IMG/VR virus record: IMGVR_UViG_3300025785_000009
Span: 1 to 64,000 of that record
Reading direction: 5' to 3' (one strand)
DNA: 64,000 nucleotides
DNA from: a virus
Part shown: piece by piece, positions 7,301 to 17,599 of the stretch
Layout: every line of letters starts with the position of its first letter
Position numbering within the stretch: the first letter of the stretch is position 1
Notes under the pieces: model-generated
What the model was told of the DNA's origin: nothing
The model's database searches: none
The model's input: only the letters and a program-made list of their open reading frames with translations
Program-made: the position numbers and the translations under genes

Positions 7301-8438
7301 TACGTTTTAAAATCCTGCCCAATTCTTGTCTGGTGGGTGTGTCTTCCAGGCTGTAGCGACGCCAATCCTTGTCTATAGCAAAAATGTCTGCTTGTGCATC
7401 GCTGTACAGTCTGCTCATTGACTTTTCTTCACGTTTGTTGGACCAGTATAGATCGTTGCCATCAAAATCAAAAATGTATTTTTTTGGAAAATACTTGGGA
7501 TCTTCCACTGTGCGTTCTCTGCGTAGGTCTTTGGTCAACATACTCCAAATTTGCAATTCGTCTGCGGCATAAAATCTATACAATGTATTTTCATAAAAAT
7601 CTTTGAACTGAGCTTGATCTAGATTTTTAGCATAGTTTAAAATTTTACGCAACAGTACATCGTCAAGTTTTAGATTGAAATTTATCCACCAAAGAAAATC
7701 ATACACAGTTTCAATTGGTATGGGACTGTGTTTGATAGTTTCTTTGACCAGGTCCACTGTGAAGTATAATCCATTCAGCGTGGTTTCAAATATGGAAGTT
7801 GATGTTTGTCTGGCAATCATATCCCGGGGGTCAACTTGGCTCCATGGCGAATTCAACAGATCAAATTGTTTCTTGTATGCCAACTTGTGTATGGGTGTTG
7901 ACCCCATACATTGATTTCCAGCTTCACCGTCAACCACGAGAATCTTGTTGTAGTTGCCGGCATCAATGACAAAATCAGTTATGTCTTCCACTTGCAATCT
8001 TGGCTTGATGAAATTGTAATAAAAGTATGCGTTTTCTCCCACAGACAACACAGGATCGCACAGCACGGTAATACGGTCTAGCACATCTTCATCAGCCACT
8101 TTGAGCATACTGACCAAAATGCTGGTGCTGTCAATACCGCCCGACCAACAAAAGTATGGCTTACGTCCGGTCTGTTTGATCCGCTGGCAAAAGGCCTCTG
8201 CTACAGTTTCTATTACCACATCAAATCGTAATTCATTATTGGTTATGTCCGGAATAGGGCATAAGGTAGGTGCAAGATCCCACGGAGTGTTTAGTTTGTT
8301 TACACGAGACTGTATCATTGGCGGGAAATGATCGATTCCCATTGTGTTGAACCAACCGTTATACTCGTAACTTTCGTCCCGCAGATACGGATCGTACAGG
8401 GCCAATCGATCTAGCGGAATATAAATTAAATCACGCAT
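7293..8438 (-). CDS. PP-loop (Asn synthase-like) protein
   Basis: WSGGIDST and VDGEAGNQ motifs. Confidence 0.75.
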   Translation of the reverse strand: MRDLIYIPLDRLALYDPYLRDESYEYNGWFNTMGIDHFPPMIQSRVNKLNTPWDLAPTLCPIPDITNNELRFDVVIETVAEAFCQRIKQTGRKPYFCWSGGIDSTSILVSMLKVADEDVLDRITVLCDPVLSVGENAYFYYNFIKPRLQVEDITDFVIDAGNYNKILVVDGEAGNQCMGSTPIHKLAYKKQFDLLNSPWSQVDPRDMIARQTSTSIFETTLNGLYFTVDLVKETIKHSPIPIETVYDFLWWINFNLKLDDVLLRKILNYAKNLDQAQFKDFYENTLYRFYAADELQIWSMLTKDLRRERTVEDPKYFPKKYIFDFDGNDLYWSNKREEKSMSRLYSDAQADIFAIDKDWRRYSLEDTPTRQELGRILKRTT

Positions 8439-9072
8439 ACAATTTGTCCAACTGCTGTAATATCAAACTAGACACACGAAGATCCTGATCAGTTTTTAAA
8501 TTGTTTGTGGCCATCTCAAATAATTTTTCTTCTATATCGGCCACTGTCAATTCTGTTTTACAAATTTGCTTGAACTGTTTGATAACAGCGTTGTCAAGAC
8601 TGTGGTCAGATTTGGTTCTCAACTGTTGCAATATTCCACGCTTGTAATTGGGCAGTGGAATTTTGTTAAACAAAGTCACAAAGTGATGAGCCAGCATCAT
8701 CTGTTGTTGTAGATCCTGCTGTCTTTCCACAGAAAGTCTACTGTCTGCACGTTGATTGATCAACAGTTGACCGGCATTTTCTTCGTGAACGTGTGTGAAC
8801 ATATTGGATATGATAGAAGTTTCTACCAGGCGTATGTTTGACACTACGGGAATTTGCCAATCCAAGCAAACGCTGTTGTCCAACAAGCCCGGTTGATAAT
8901 TGTCAAACGATTGCAAATCAAATGCGATTACATTCAATTTGCTAAACGAAAATATTTCTCTAACTTCCAGTAACACTTCAAGATCGTCGGACAATAGCCA
9001 TATTGCTCGGCTAAACGAGTCCACCAATGCATAACGTCCCGGTATTCCAAAGAAGAAATATTTACTATTCAT
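8431..9072 (-). CDS. Hypothetical protein
   Basis: 213-aa ORF overlapping the downstream PP-loop gene. Confidence 0.7.
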   Translation of the reverse strand: MNSKYFFFGIPGRYALVDSFSRAIWLLSDDLEVLLEVREIFSFSKLNVIAFDLQSFDNYQPGLLDNSVCLDWQIPVVSNIRLVETSIISNMFTHVHEENAGQLLINQRADSRLSVERQQDLQQQMMLAHHFVTLFNKIPLPNYKRGILQQLRTKSDHSLDNAVIKQFKQICKTELTVADIEEKLFEMATNNLKTDQDLRVSSLILQQLDKLYA

Positions 9073-9082
9073 AGTTCACACG

Positions 9083-9169
9083 TGGTGCGAGTGGCCAGAA
9101 TCGAACTGGCACGGGGTCTCCCCCGAGAGATTTTAAGTCTCTTGTGTCTACCGATTTCACCACACTCGC
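9083..9169 (-). tRNA. tRNA-Leu(TAA)
   Basis: AGAGA-CTTAAAA-TCTCT arm, long variable arm, CCA. Confidence 0.95.
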
Positions 9170-9175
9170 AAATTT

Positions 9176-9260
9176 TGGTGCCCCAAAGGAGACTTGAACT
9201 CCTACACCTTGCGGTACCGGCTTCTAAGACCGGCGTGTCTACCAATTCCACCATCGGGGC
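9176..9260 (-). tRNA. tRNA-Leu(TAG)
   Basis: Loop CTTAGAA, long variable arm, CCA. Confidence 0.93.
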
Positions 9261-9283
9261 ATAACTTTACTTAGCAACAATTT

Positions 9284-9358
9284 TGGTGGGCCTTGTTGGA
9301 ATCGGACCAACACTCCAACGATTATGAGTCGTTTGCTTTACCATTAAGCTAAAGGCCC
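9284..9358 (-). tRNA. tRNA-Ile2(CAT)-like
   Basis: AACGA-CTCATAA-TCGTT arm and GGGCCTT acceptor resembling bacterial Ile2; T-loop TCC variant. Confidence 0.8.
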
Positions 9359-10264
9359 TTATTCAAATACTCCTGTGAATTGTGCGCTCATTGCAGTAAA
9401 CATTCGTGGATCGCGCTCAATCAACACAAATCTGCGATTACGTTTTTGGGCCGCTAATCCGGTACTACCCGAACCAGCAAAAGTGTCTAAGACTAAATCT
9501 CCTTCGCGGCTCAACAGTTCAATCAGGTATTCCAACAACTCTACAGGTTTCTGTGTAGGATGAATCTTTTTGCCAATGCCGCCACTAAATGTAATAGTAT
9601 TAGGCACTACGCATTGTACAACATCACCAGATCGTTTGCGATCTTTCAACATTTGCTGTGCTTCTTTTAATGCTGTTGCAAACACCTGCTCAATGTCTTG
9701 TTCGTTATCGGCATCTTTGGCATACTTGTAGACAATACTTGAAATCTTATCTGCAGCTGTGTACCGTTCAACAATAGTGCCACGTGCTGCATCAGCATTG
9801 AATGTACGATCGCCTTTAGGTTTGATGCCCCACAAGATATATTCGCAACCACTAACCAAATTAACCTGTCGATTGAACGGAACTGCCGCAGGCTTTTTCC
9901 AAGTAATAACACGCTTGGGTTCAAAGCCGGCCGTTTCCATTATCCGCCACAGGTAACTGATGTATTGATCACTGATGAATATAGCAAAGGTGCCGCCTTT
10001 TCTCAACTTCTTGAACCAGAACGCCGCCCAGGATTCCATCTGTGCCACAAACTCGTCGTGTGTGACACTATCCCAATCTTGTTCAAACGATTCTGAAAAC
10101 TTTTGACTGTGAATGGTGTTTTTGTTTTTGCCAGTTTCTGGATCAATCCATTCGGGCTTGGCACCACCCTCGGAGATATTGTAAGGCGGATCCGTTAATA
10201 GCAGATCAACCGAAAGGTCAGCAATGTCAGCATCTGCCAACAACATATCTTTGTTTAGTAGCAT
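9359..10264 (-). CDS. DNA N6-adenine/N4-cytosine methyltransferase (beta class)
   Basis: TDPPY, HPTQKP and DTFAGSG motifs. Confidence 0.92.
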   Translation of the reverse strand: MLLNKDMLLADADIADLSVDLLLTDPPYNISEGGAKPEWIDPETGKNKNTIHSQKFSESFEQDWDSVTHDEFVAQMESWAAFWFKKLRKGGTFAIFISDQYISYLWRIMETAGFEPKRVITWKKPAAVPFNRQVNLVSGCEYILWGIKPKGDRTFNADAARGTIVERYTAADKISSIVYKYAKDADNEQDIEQVFATALKEAQQMLKDRKRSGDVVQCVVPNTITFSGGIGKKIHPTQKPVELLEYLIELLSREGDLVLDTFAGSGSTGLAAQKRNRRFVLIERDPRMFTAMSAQFTGVFE

Positions 10265-10270
10265 CTATAG

Positions 10271-10299
10271 ATTATAGCTTATTGAGAATTTTGTGTCAA
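10271..10299 (-). promoter_or_regulatory. Consensus sigma70 promoter; leaderless methyltransferase mRNA
   Basis: TTGACA-17-TATAAT; ATG 6 nt after the -10 box. Confidence 0.8.
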
Positions 10300-11747
10300 T
10301 ACACAATCATAAAACCTGGCAAATTGTTTCCGGGTTTATGACTAGGTGCGTGATATTGGAATTTGAATTGCAATTCTGAAAATGGTTTAGACGAAGCCAA
10401 AACTTGTCCGTTATCGGTTATATCCAGGCGTCCCAACCAAGCAGGACTTTGGTTAACAATGTTGGTCATCATTGTGGCATATTCTCCAGCACTGGGTCCA
10501 CGCAATACCGAATTCAGAGTGGCAACACCAAGTGCGTAGGTCAAAATATCAGTGATTGATTTGACCGGATCCTTGCGGAAGCTGGGAAATCCAGCTTCCT
10601 TTTCTGTGGGCTTTTCTTTGCCTTTGGCTACACCCATAAAGTAATTGCCGTCGGCTGGTAGTCCAGTTGGTTTACCCCAATTGCCAGCTGTTAAAATTGG
10701 ATAGATAAATTTGAGAGCCGAGCCATAGTCTTTTTCTCCGGTACCTTTGCCTAGACCGTTTTTGGTAACCAATGCAGCCAGGCCAGCCCAGTCTACAAAT
10801 TTGCCGCCCAACACTTCAACCGCTTTGTTGTATTCAGGCAAACTGATGTGTGCTGATGCGGCAATAATTTTGTCTACGTTTTTGCCGCCAGCTTTGGGAT
10901 GATAGTTTTTAAACAAGGCAAATAATTTTTCTTGTTTCTTATCGTTGGCAATGGTTTTTTCAAAGTTGTCCATCAAGTCTTGGATACTTTTGAAGCTGGT
11001 ACCTGATCCTGTCAAGCTCTTGACGCTGTACTTGTTTTTGCCAATGATAACATCGATCAAAGGAAAGTTACCCTCGGCTGGAAATTCAATGGCATCGTTT
11101 TTCTGTGCCATCTTGATTGGAGCTAAGATTTCACCAAAGTCTACACTGAGTTGATTTCTAGCACGAGCACTTAGATTGGCATTGGCGTCAGGTGTCAAAG
11201 CCGGTTGTGCTCCTGCAGCCACTTCAATCAGTTCTAATAGGATCTGTTGTAGTTCAGGACGAGTTTTGGTTTTGCTGATAACTGCGGCTCTTGTTTGTAC
11301 AATCAATTCATCACGCTTCATTGGACGTCCCGACAAGCCCAAGGTAACTGGTGTAAATTCTTTGATACTCACCGTAACACCACCTGTATCGTCGTCTTTT
11401 TTGCCCGAACCTGCAACAACAATACTGTAAAACACATTACCGGCGCTGTAGCTGAGAATGTTGCCGCGATATTTGCTGCTCAGTGATGCTTGTAGTGGTT
11501 CCAGTGGTAAATTGTCTAGACCCACTGCTTTAAAATATTGTGCTATTGTTGCTTTGTCAGATCCAAACACACGGATATAGGGAATTTGTTTGTCGTTTTT
11601 GACTTCAAAACGAATATCTGGCATATCGCGTTGCATACTGGCTGCCAGATATTTGATTTCGTTACGATCAGCAAACCTTTCATCGGGTTCGGGCGCCAAT
11701 GCTGTTTCAAATAGCTCAACTAATTTTTGTAGGTTCATTGTATTCAT
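10296..11747 (-). CDS. Hypothetical protein, possible PD-(D/E)xK nuclease
   Basis: FGE...FPLIDVIIGKNKYSVKS resembles a PD-(D/E)xK core; adjacent to the methyltransferase. Confidence 0.45.
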   Translation of the reverse strand: MNTMNLQKLVELFETALAPEPDERFADRNEIKYLAASMQRDMPDIRFEVKNDKQIPYIRVFGSDKATIAQYFKAVGLDNLPLEPLQASLSSKYRGNILSYSAGNVFYSIVVAGSGKKDDDTGGVTVSIKEFTPVTLGLSGRPMKRDELIVQTRAAVISKTKTRPELQQILLELIEVAAGAQPALTPDANANLSARARNQLSVDFGEILAPIKMAQKNDAIEFPAEGNFPLIDVIIGKNKYSVKSLTGSGTSFKSIQDLMDNFEKTIANDKKQEKLFALFKNYHPKAGGKNVDKIIAASAHISLPEYNKAVEVLGGKFVDWAGLAALVTKNGLGKGTGEKDYGSALKFIYPILTAGNWGKPTGLPADGNYFMGVAKGKEKPTEKEAGFPSFRKDPVKSITDILTYALGVATLNSVLRGPSAGEYATMMTNIVNQSPAWLGRLDITDNGQVLASSKPFSELQFKFQYHAPSHKPGNNLPGFMIVY

Positions 11748-11753
11748 ATTTAG

Positions 11754-12509
11754 CTATTTTCGTTCTATATCTGTTTCGTCACAGCGTGAGCCATATTGTA
11801 TTTCTACTATTTTACACGGCTCTGTGAAAGGGTTTGCCAATTGGTGCCATTCGTTTACCAGTATACTGTACTGATCGTGCCGGTTAAGAGTTTGTGACGG
11901 CATTTCGTATCCGTTGTTGGTCAATGAACGAACTACACATTGACCTTCACTCACGTGCCAGTGTTCCCAACGTTCCGCGTGTCGTTGCATACTCAAACTT
12001 TGCCCAGGGTTTACAGTAAGTTCTTTTACTTTGGTGCCAGGCACTTCGTGTAGCACACGATAGTAACCCCAAGGACGTTCTGTACGGGGTGCTTTCCATT
12101 CTTGCAAAATCCAACTGCTTGAATTGGCTTTGTTTTCCCCGCCTACACCAAATACAAATTCTACACCCTCTACTGACATTTCAGGAATATTATCCGGGGT
12201 GCGGTCGCCACCGTTGGCAAAGATAATTTTGGCATCGGGATAGTGGGCTTGAACCTGTTGTATCAGGTGTCTCGCTGAACCGTCCTCGTCGTCAAAGGTA
12301 TAAACTTCGTCCACCATGGACAAATTGTTTACTATGCAAAGTCGTTCATTCCAGGGCATAAATGCGCGACCTTTTTTGCGTTCTAGCCACTCGTCACTGT
12401 TGATTCCCACAATCAGCAAATCGCCCAAGGTAGACGCAGCTTTCAAGTACGCAATATGCCCACTGTGCAAAGGATCAAATCCGCCGCTTACTACTGCAAT
12501 TTTTGTCAT
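11754..12509 (-). CDS. Cytidylyltransferase-family (HxGH) domain fused to a mannose-6-phosphate isomerase type II cupin
   Basis: GGFDPLHSGH and ANGGDR; ERPWG and LSMQRH motifs. Confidence 0.88.
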   Translation of the reverse strand: MTKIAVVSGGFDPLHSGHIAYLKAASTLGDLLIVGINSDEWLERKKGRAFMPWNERLCIVNNLSMVDEVYTFDDEDGSARHLIQQVQAHYPDAKIIFANGGDRTPDNIPEMSVEGVEFVFGVGGENKANSSSWILQEWKAPRTERPWGYYRVLHEVPGTKVKELTVNPGQSLSMQRHAERWEHWHVSEGQCVVRSLTNNGYEMPSQTLNRHDQYSILVNEWHQLANPFTEPCKIVEIQYGSRCDETDIERK

Positions 12510-12510
12510 A

Positions 12511-13263
12511 TCAATTTGTAATTAAATAATTTTCTTTGTCTAGCCAATGCACTACTAGATCGTCTAATCGAGCATAGCCGTATTTTTCTACGCTGGCAAT
12601 TAAGAAATCATTGACAAGATTTTTTTCAGCAAGATCATACCAAGTTGGATGCTCTGGCAGTGGTGTGTTGGTTGCATACACCGCCGCATACAACCAGGGA
12701 CTGTTTGATTTACGATAAAAATACGCATCTCTGCAATCAAAGCCACTTACTGCCAGCATATATATGAGATTTAAAATGTTAAAACTGTAATATTGATGAC
12801 TGTGATTTTCAATGGTCAATCTGTTTTTAAACGAATAAGTTGTTTGTGGTATACTCAACATCAACATACCATTGGGGTTCATCTGGCTGTTCCAGTGCTT
12901 TAAACAACTCAGCGGATTCTTGGCATACTGTAAACTGTCGTGGCTCCAAATCAAATCGGCTTTGGTAGGCAGTATCACTGTTTCAAAGTCGTCTTCAATT
13001 TTTTTAAAATTTGGATTGTCCTCAATGATGTATTGCTCAATCTGATGTATGTTGGTATCTACACCATATACTGTGTAATTACGATGTATTGGAGGATCGT
13101 CACGTGTTTCAAGTCGAGCCCACCATTCGCTGTCAAAACCAACGCCACAGCCCATATCAGCAACAGTATTCAGGCTGTCGAGAAAACTGTCGTATCCGTA
13201 AATAAGGTTTAATACTTCCAAGCTGTGCTCGTGACTGGCTGTTGCATTTTTAAACAGGGCCAT
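12511..13263 (-). CDS. SAM-dependent methyltransferase
   Basis: VADMGCGVG motif I; DLIWSHDSLQY. Confidence 0.8.
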   Translation of the reverse strand: MALFKNATASHEHSLEVLNLIYGYDSFLDSLNTVADMGCGVGFDSEWWARLETRDDPPIHRNYTVYGVDTNIHQIEQYIIEDNPNFKKIEDDFETVILPTKADLIWSHDSLQYAKNPLSCLKHWNSQMNPNGMLMLSIPQTTYSFKNRLTIENHSHQYYSFNILNLIYMLAVSGFDCRDAYFYRKSNSPWLYAAVYATNTPLPEHPTWYDLAEKNLVNDFLIASVEKYGYARLDDLVVHWLDKENYLITN

Positions 13264-13504
13264 TGGTTAATATCTCCATTACTAGTTTTTCTTTTAATTG
13301 TTTCAATCTTGGTTCAAGTTGATGGCAAGCTTCTGCTATTTCTATTTCACTGCCCCAAGATCGCTGTGTGCTCAAATGATACGCAAATTTACCACACGCA
13401 TCTTTTTCTAATTGTACATTGATTGCATCATGCCGAGGTTTGGCTCGGCAACACAAGTTAAATTCTTCCAACAGTTCGTCTGCACGAGCCTTCCAGTCTA
13501 TCAT
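13250..13504 (-). CDS. Hypothetical protein
   Basis: 84-aa ORF overlapping its neighbours in the operon. Confidence 0.65.
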   Translation of the reverse strand: MIDWKARADELLEEFNLCCRAKPRHDAINVQLEKDACGKFAYHLSTQRSWGSEIEIAEACHQLEPRLKQLKEKLVMEILTNGPV

Positions 13505-13953
13505 ACCACAATGTCTTCCATTCCTGCTGTACGCAAACGAACCACGTGTCCCAGCATAAAGTTCTTTGATTCAACACCTTTCATAACTCCCAACCATTTG
13601 TTACGTAATAGTGCCACTTCGTTGATCAATGTTTCAAAGTCAATTACTTCGTCTTCACCGTCTACATATTTTTCAGCATCTCTCGATGTCAAGGCACGCT
13701 GATATGCTTCCAAGTATTTTTGAAAATGCTTACGACGTATTTTACGCAGTTGTATATTGAGATACTCCAGTACTGCTTCAATCTCTTGCAGTTGGTTGAA
13801 ACGGTGTTCACTTTGACCCGGTAAGTCTGCCAACTCTTTTTCTACTCGTCCCTGTATCTTGATGTCGGCACGAGCGGCTATTAGTTCACCCTCGTAATAG
13901 TTAATAAAGTCTGGCAATGCGCCAAGGTCGGCTACAATTCGATTATAGAACAT
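13501..13953 (-). CDS. uvsY: Recombination mediator UvsY
   Basis: Helical ~150 aa, AEKYVDGE-like motif, near uvsX. Confidence 0.75.
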   Translation of the reverse strand: MFYNRIVADLGALPDFINYYEGELIAARADIKIQGRVEKELADLPGQSEHRFNQLQEIEAVLEYLNIQLRKIRRKHFQKYLEAYQRALTSRDAEKYVDGEDEVIDFETLINEVALLRNKWLGVMKGVESKNFMLGHVVRLRTAGMEDIVV

Positions 13954-14602
13954 AAGTGTGTACGACTATTGCCTGTTTTGATTTGATGTTATTTTTTAAA
14001 AAATTATCACTGCAATGCAGTTGTTTTTCGTCCCAATATACCACACCGCCCAAACCCCAAGGAACAATTTGATCAATGGTCAAACACTCCAGATCTTCAG
14101 GTTTGAGATGACTCAAATGTTGCTCAAAGTGTTTGAGAGCATTGTTCTCTTTTGGTTGTCTGTTGTTGTTCCACTCAACTCTTTTCCACATTTTACGCAC
14201 AGGATCTGCGGAATCTACAAAAGTGTCAGCTTCATTGAATGTGACTGTGTGTACACGTTCAAACCCCTCAAACTGATTTTCAATGCCCATTGGAATCAAA
14301 AATGCTTTGTATGGTTCGCCAACACTTTTGTAATAGTAGTCTGAATGTAACTGTTGCGGAATTTCTTCATTGATAAGACCGCCAAACAACAACCTCATTG
14401 GCTCGTCAGTTAACTCTCTCAATCGGCCAAATACTTTTTTATCAAACCAGCTGTGTAATGTATGATCCTGTGTGATAGCAGTATGATACAAATGGTCGCG
14501 AGGCAGTTTAGACAGTCGATCCAATAAGAATTCTACTTCCGTGCGACTGAATACATCTGCAACTACACCACTGTTACCAATCACCATCTTTGTCTTCTTC
14601 AC
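13943..14602 (-). CDS. 2OG-Fe(II) oxygenase-like protein
   Basis: LHSD ... LHC HxD...H pattern. Confidence 0.5.
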   Translation of the reverse strand: MKKTKMVIGNSGVVADVFSRTEVEFLLDRLSKLPRDHLYHTAITQDHTLHSWFDKKVFGRLRELTDEPMRLLFGGLINEEIPQQLHSDYYYKSVGEPYKAFLIPMGIENQFEGFERVHTVTFNEADTFVDSADPVRKMWKRVEWNNNRQPKENNALKHFEQHLSHLKPEDLECLTIDQIVPWGLGGVVYWDEKQLHCSDNFLKNNIKSKQAIVVHTYVL

Positions 14603-14807
14603 CCTCTTCGTCGTTTTGAGCTGTGTATTCTTTGAGTGCTTTTTTCAATATGTTGTCAGATGTGCCGAATTCCTGCAGTTCAACATCGCCCAACATATCA
14701 ACCAGTACACTCATAAGATTATCGGCTGCTTCCTGACGATCTTTGCTAGGTATATATTGTTTTAAAATAGTGTATGTCTCAATGAGAACTTCTACGTCGA
14801 TGCTCAT
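14574..14807 (-). CDS. Hypothetical acidic protein
   Basis: 77-aa ORF coupled to uvsX. Confidence 0.7.
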   Translation of the reverse strand: MSIDVEVLIETYTILKQYIPSKDRQEAADNLMSVLVDMLGDVELQEFGTSDNILKKALKEYTAQNDEEGEEDKDGDW

Positions 14808-15922
14808 TCTACTGTTTCCTCTTTTTTGGTTTTCTTTGTTTTTTCTTCAACTACTGCATCAACTGCTGCTTCAAGCTCTTCGATGTTGGCTTGCTTTTGA
14901 TGTGGGTTGGCAACAAAATCTACCATGGCTCGATCCAAACAAGAATCCTCGTTGCGTTCCCACGCCTTACGGAACTTCTTGATAATTTCACCATCGGCCA
15001 ATGTGTACACCAGACTGTTGCCTTCTTTCTTCAGCAGGTCTTTGCCTTCAAACAAGTCTACTAGACCTGAGTACGGATTCATACCTTCTTCGTATGGAAT
15101 CTTGACCTGGACAGATTCAAATGGTTTAGCGTAACGAGTTTTCATAATCTTACAAGCGGCGCGAATACCTTTGACTTCTGAGATCTTGTTGCCGTCTTCG
15201 TCTTCTTTGAGCTTTAACTTACGCATAGCAACCACAATAGAGCTGGCATAGATAAAGCCCTGACCACCCGAGATCTTGTCATCGGGATCAAACATATCTT
15301 GGCTAGCGTATGTGTGTGCTGTGGTAACCAAGCCAATGTTTAAACTGCCAAACATATTGACACAGTTACGAACCAAGGCAGCCAACGCTTTGGGTTTACG
15401 ACCCATATCGCCCTTCATATCGCCTGCTTCAAATTGGTTAACGTCTGTGGGTGTCAACAACATACCCAATGAGTCAACCACAAACAACACTTTGGGACGT
15501 TCTGTTTCTGGTAGAGTTTTGTATTCTTTAACAAACTCTGAAATCATCTTGCCCACATCGTCAATCATGGCCATATTTAATTTTAGCAGTTTGTCCTCGC
15601 TGGTGTCTACGTCTAGTGCGTGTAACCATTTTTCATCCAATGCATTTTCACTATCAACCAAGATAACATAAATGCCTTGCTTTTGTGCGTTGGATACTAG
15701 GTTACCCGAACAGATAAAACTTTTACCTGCACCAGATTCGCCAGCAAACACAGTGACTTTACCTAGCGGTACACCTTTGTGGAAGTCTCCACTGATAAGA
15801 TAATTGAGAGCATAGTTGTTGGTTGAGATCCAATCTGTTGGATCAGTAAAGCCCACGGAGATACCGTCAATGCTTTTGGTAATGCTCTTGCGAAATTTAC
15901 TTACGTCGAATGGTTTAGCCAT
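14804..15922 (-). CDS. uvsX: RecA-like recombinase UvsX
   Basis: GESGAGKS Walker A; DSENALD, VVDSLG and SGGQG motifs. Confidence 0.95.
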   Translation of the reverse strand: MAKPFDVSKFRKSITKSIDGISVGFTDPTDWISTNNYALNYLISGDFHKGVPLGKVTVFAGESGAGKSFICSGNLVSNAQKQGIYVILVDSENALDEKWLHALDVDTSEDKLLKLNMAMIDDVGKMISEFVKEYKTLPETERPKVLFVVDSLGMLLTPTDVNQFEAGDMKGDMGRKPKALAALVRNCVNMFGSLNIGLVTTAHTYASQDMFDPDDKISGGQGFIYASSIVVAMRKLKLKEDEDGNKISEVKGIRAACKIMKTRYAKPFESVQVKIPYEEGMNPYSGLVDLFEGKDLLKKEGNSLVYTLADGEIIKKFRKAWERNEDSCLDRAMVDFVANPHQKQANIEELEAAVDAVVEEKTKKTKKEETVE

Positions 15923-17069
15923 AATGATTTTCCTTGATAAAATGATAAAAACTTTTAAATACTGCTTGACTACTTATACCTCTACGCTGATCCAAATCAG
16001 CAATTTCCTTGAGACTCTGCTCAATGTTGGCTGCAAAAGGTTGTTGAATATAGTTCAGCATATTACGTAATCCATCTTCCAATAGATATCCTGGTTGTTC
16101 AGAGATATGATATTGCAGTTTTAGTTCTACTGATTTTAACATATCTTTTGGTAAATGTCTAATGTTTAGGTATTCTGGTGTCAACAACGGGCCCAGCACA
16201 AAACTGTTGTTATGGAAACCCAATCCTTTTAGATAATATATACACTCAAATATACTCAAGTAGTTCAACAGAAAGTGCAACATATTGAATGATATTTTAT
16301 GGTTGAGCTGTTTGATTGTGCTCAAATTGTCTAAAAAGTCTCGCCACCGGCCGCCGTATCGAATGTATTCAAATTCTTCTTCGATTGAGTCAATGCTCAC
16401 AATCCAGTGTACATTCTTGAACTCACATATACGTTCAAACACACGAGTGTCCACTTTGCTGAGATTGGTATTGATACGCAGATTCACATCAGGATCCAGT
16501 AGATCCAACAACTCCAGGTTTTCCTTCATCAACAAGGGTTCGCCGCCGGCCATATACACGTGTTTTAGTGTGGGCGCACGATCCAAGATATACTGTTTGA
16601 ATTCGGCACGTTGTTCGTCAGTGGGCACCGCAGGATGTATCTTTAATTCATCAGCCCAACGACTGCTGAACTTGGGACCACAATATGTACAGGCAAAATT
16701 GCACAGGTTGGTCCAACGTACATCAACAGTTTGTAGATCAAAATTTTGTTCGGAGTAAGTAGACGGTGGCACATTTTTGAGTTCACGTATGTAAAACACA
16801 CGATCGCTAATGTGTTCAAAACCACGTTTACCTTTATCTAGATCATAACACGGAGAACAATTTGGTCCTGGCTCACGATTGATCATATTAAACTGTGTGT
16901 GCATATTGGTAGGACCCATCAAGATCTGTTCGATGCTGTTGTCTCTGATGTTGCCTAGCTTGCCAGCACTACGAATACAGTTTTTAACGTCGCCGTCAAA
17001 GTTGTACATAAGCCCAGTCCAAGGCATAGGACAAAATGCAGGGTTGGTCAATATGTCTTTGGGTGTCAT
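15915..17069 (-). CDS. Radical SAM protein with N-terminal SPASM/twitch-like domain
   Basis: FCPMPW; CNFACTYC; GGEPLL. Confidence 0.9.
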   Translation of the reverse strand: MTPKDILTNPAFCPMPWTGLMYNFDGDVKNCIRSAGKLGNIRDNSIEQILMGPTNMHTQFNMINREPGPNCSPCYDLDKGKRGFEHISDRVFYIRELKNVPPSTYSEQNFDLQTVDVRWTNLCNFACTYCGPKFSSRWADELKIHPAVPTDEQRAEFKQYILDRAPTLKHVYMAGGEPLLMKENLELLDLLDPDVNLRINTNLSKVDTRVFERICEFKNVHWIVSIDSIEEEFEYIRYGGRWRDFLDNLSTIKQLNHKISFNMLHFLLNYLSIFECIYYLKGLGFHNNSFVLGPLLTPEYLNIRHLPKDMLKSVELKLQYHISEQPGYLLEDGLRNMLNYIQQPFAANIEQSLKEIADLDQRRGISSQAVFKSFYHFIKENHYG

Positions 17070-17599
17070 ATTTTGGGACCTAGGCTGATATCAGCAATGG
17101 CCAGATTGTTAGCTTCGGCCATTCTAAATGTTTGTACTAGTATTCTAGCCCACGTTGCAGGATCGGCTGCCGGTGGACTGGTAGTACCTGGTTGTGTGGC
17201 AATCCATCCAGGTCTGATCACTGTGATATGTGGACCACGTGGTGTCTTATACCTCAATTGATGTGCAGCCAACTCTAGGCTGATCTTTTGTATGCGATAC
17301 TCATCCATACCTTCCACTGTGCTGACCGGTTGCTGAGTCATCATTGTGCTGATCACCCAGATCCGTTTATCTAAATCTGCCCATCGGCGATGCATTTCAA
17401 ACAGCAATTCTGTTTGTGCAAATCCGGCCTGTGCATTGCTAACAAACAAGTCGCAAGGCTCAATGAGATCTGCTACTTTGGCAATGTTTCTGATGTTGTG
17501 TCCGGTACGCCGACTCAGGCCCACAATTTCCTCGCCATAAAATGCTTCAGCAAGTGCTTGCCCAATGCCGGCTGTGTGTCCGGTAATTGCTATTTTCAC
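17066..17599 (-). CDS. Short-chain dehydrogenase/reductase-like protein
   Basis: ITGHTAGIG Rossmann motif; YRIQK (YxxxK). Confidence 0.8.
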   Translation of the reverse strand: MKIAITGHTAGIGQALAEAFYGEEIVGLSRRTGHNIRNIAKVADLIEPCDLFVSNAQAGFAQTELLFEMHRRWADLDKRIWVISTMMTQQPVSTVEGMDEYRIQKISLELAAHQLRYKTPRGPHITVIRPGWIATQPGTTSPPAADPATWARILVQTFRMAEANNLAIADISLGPKI

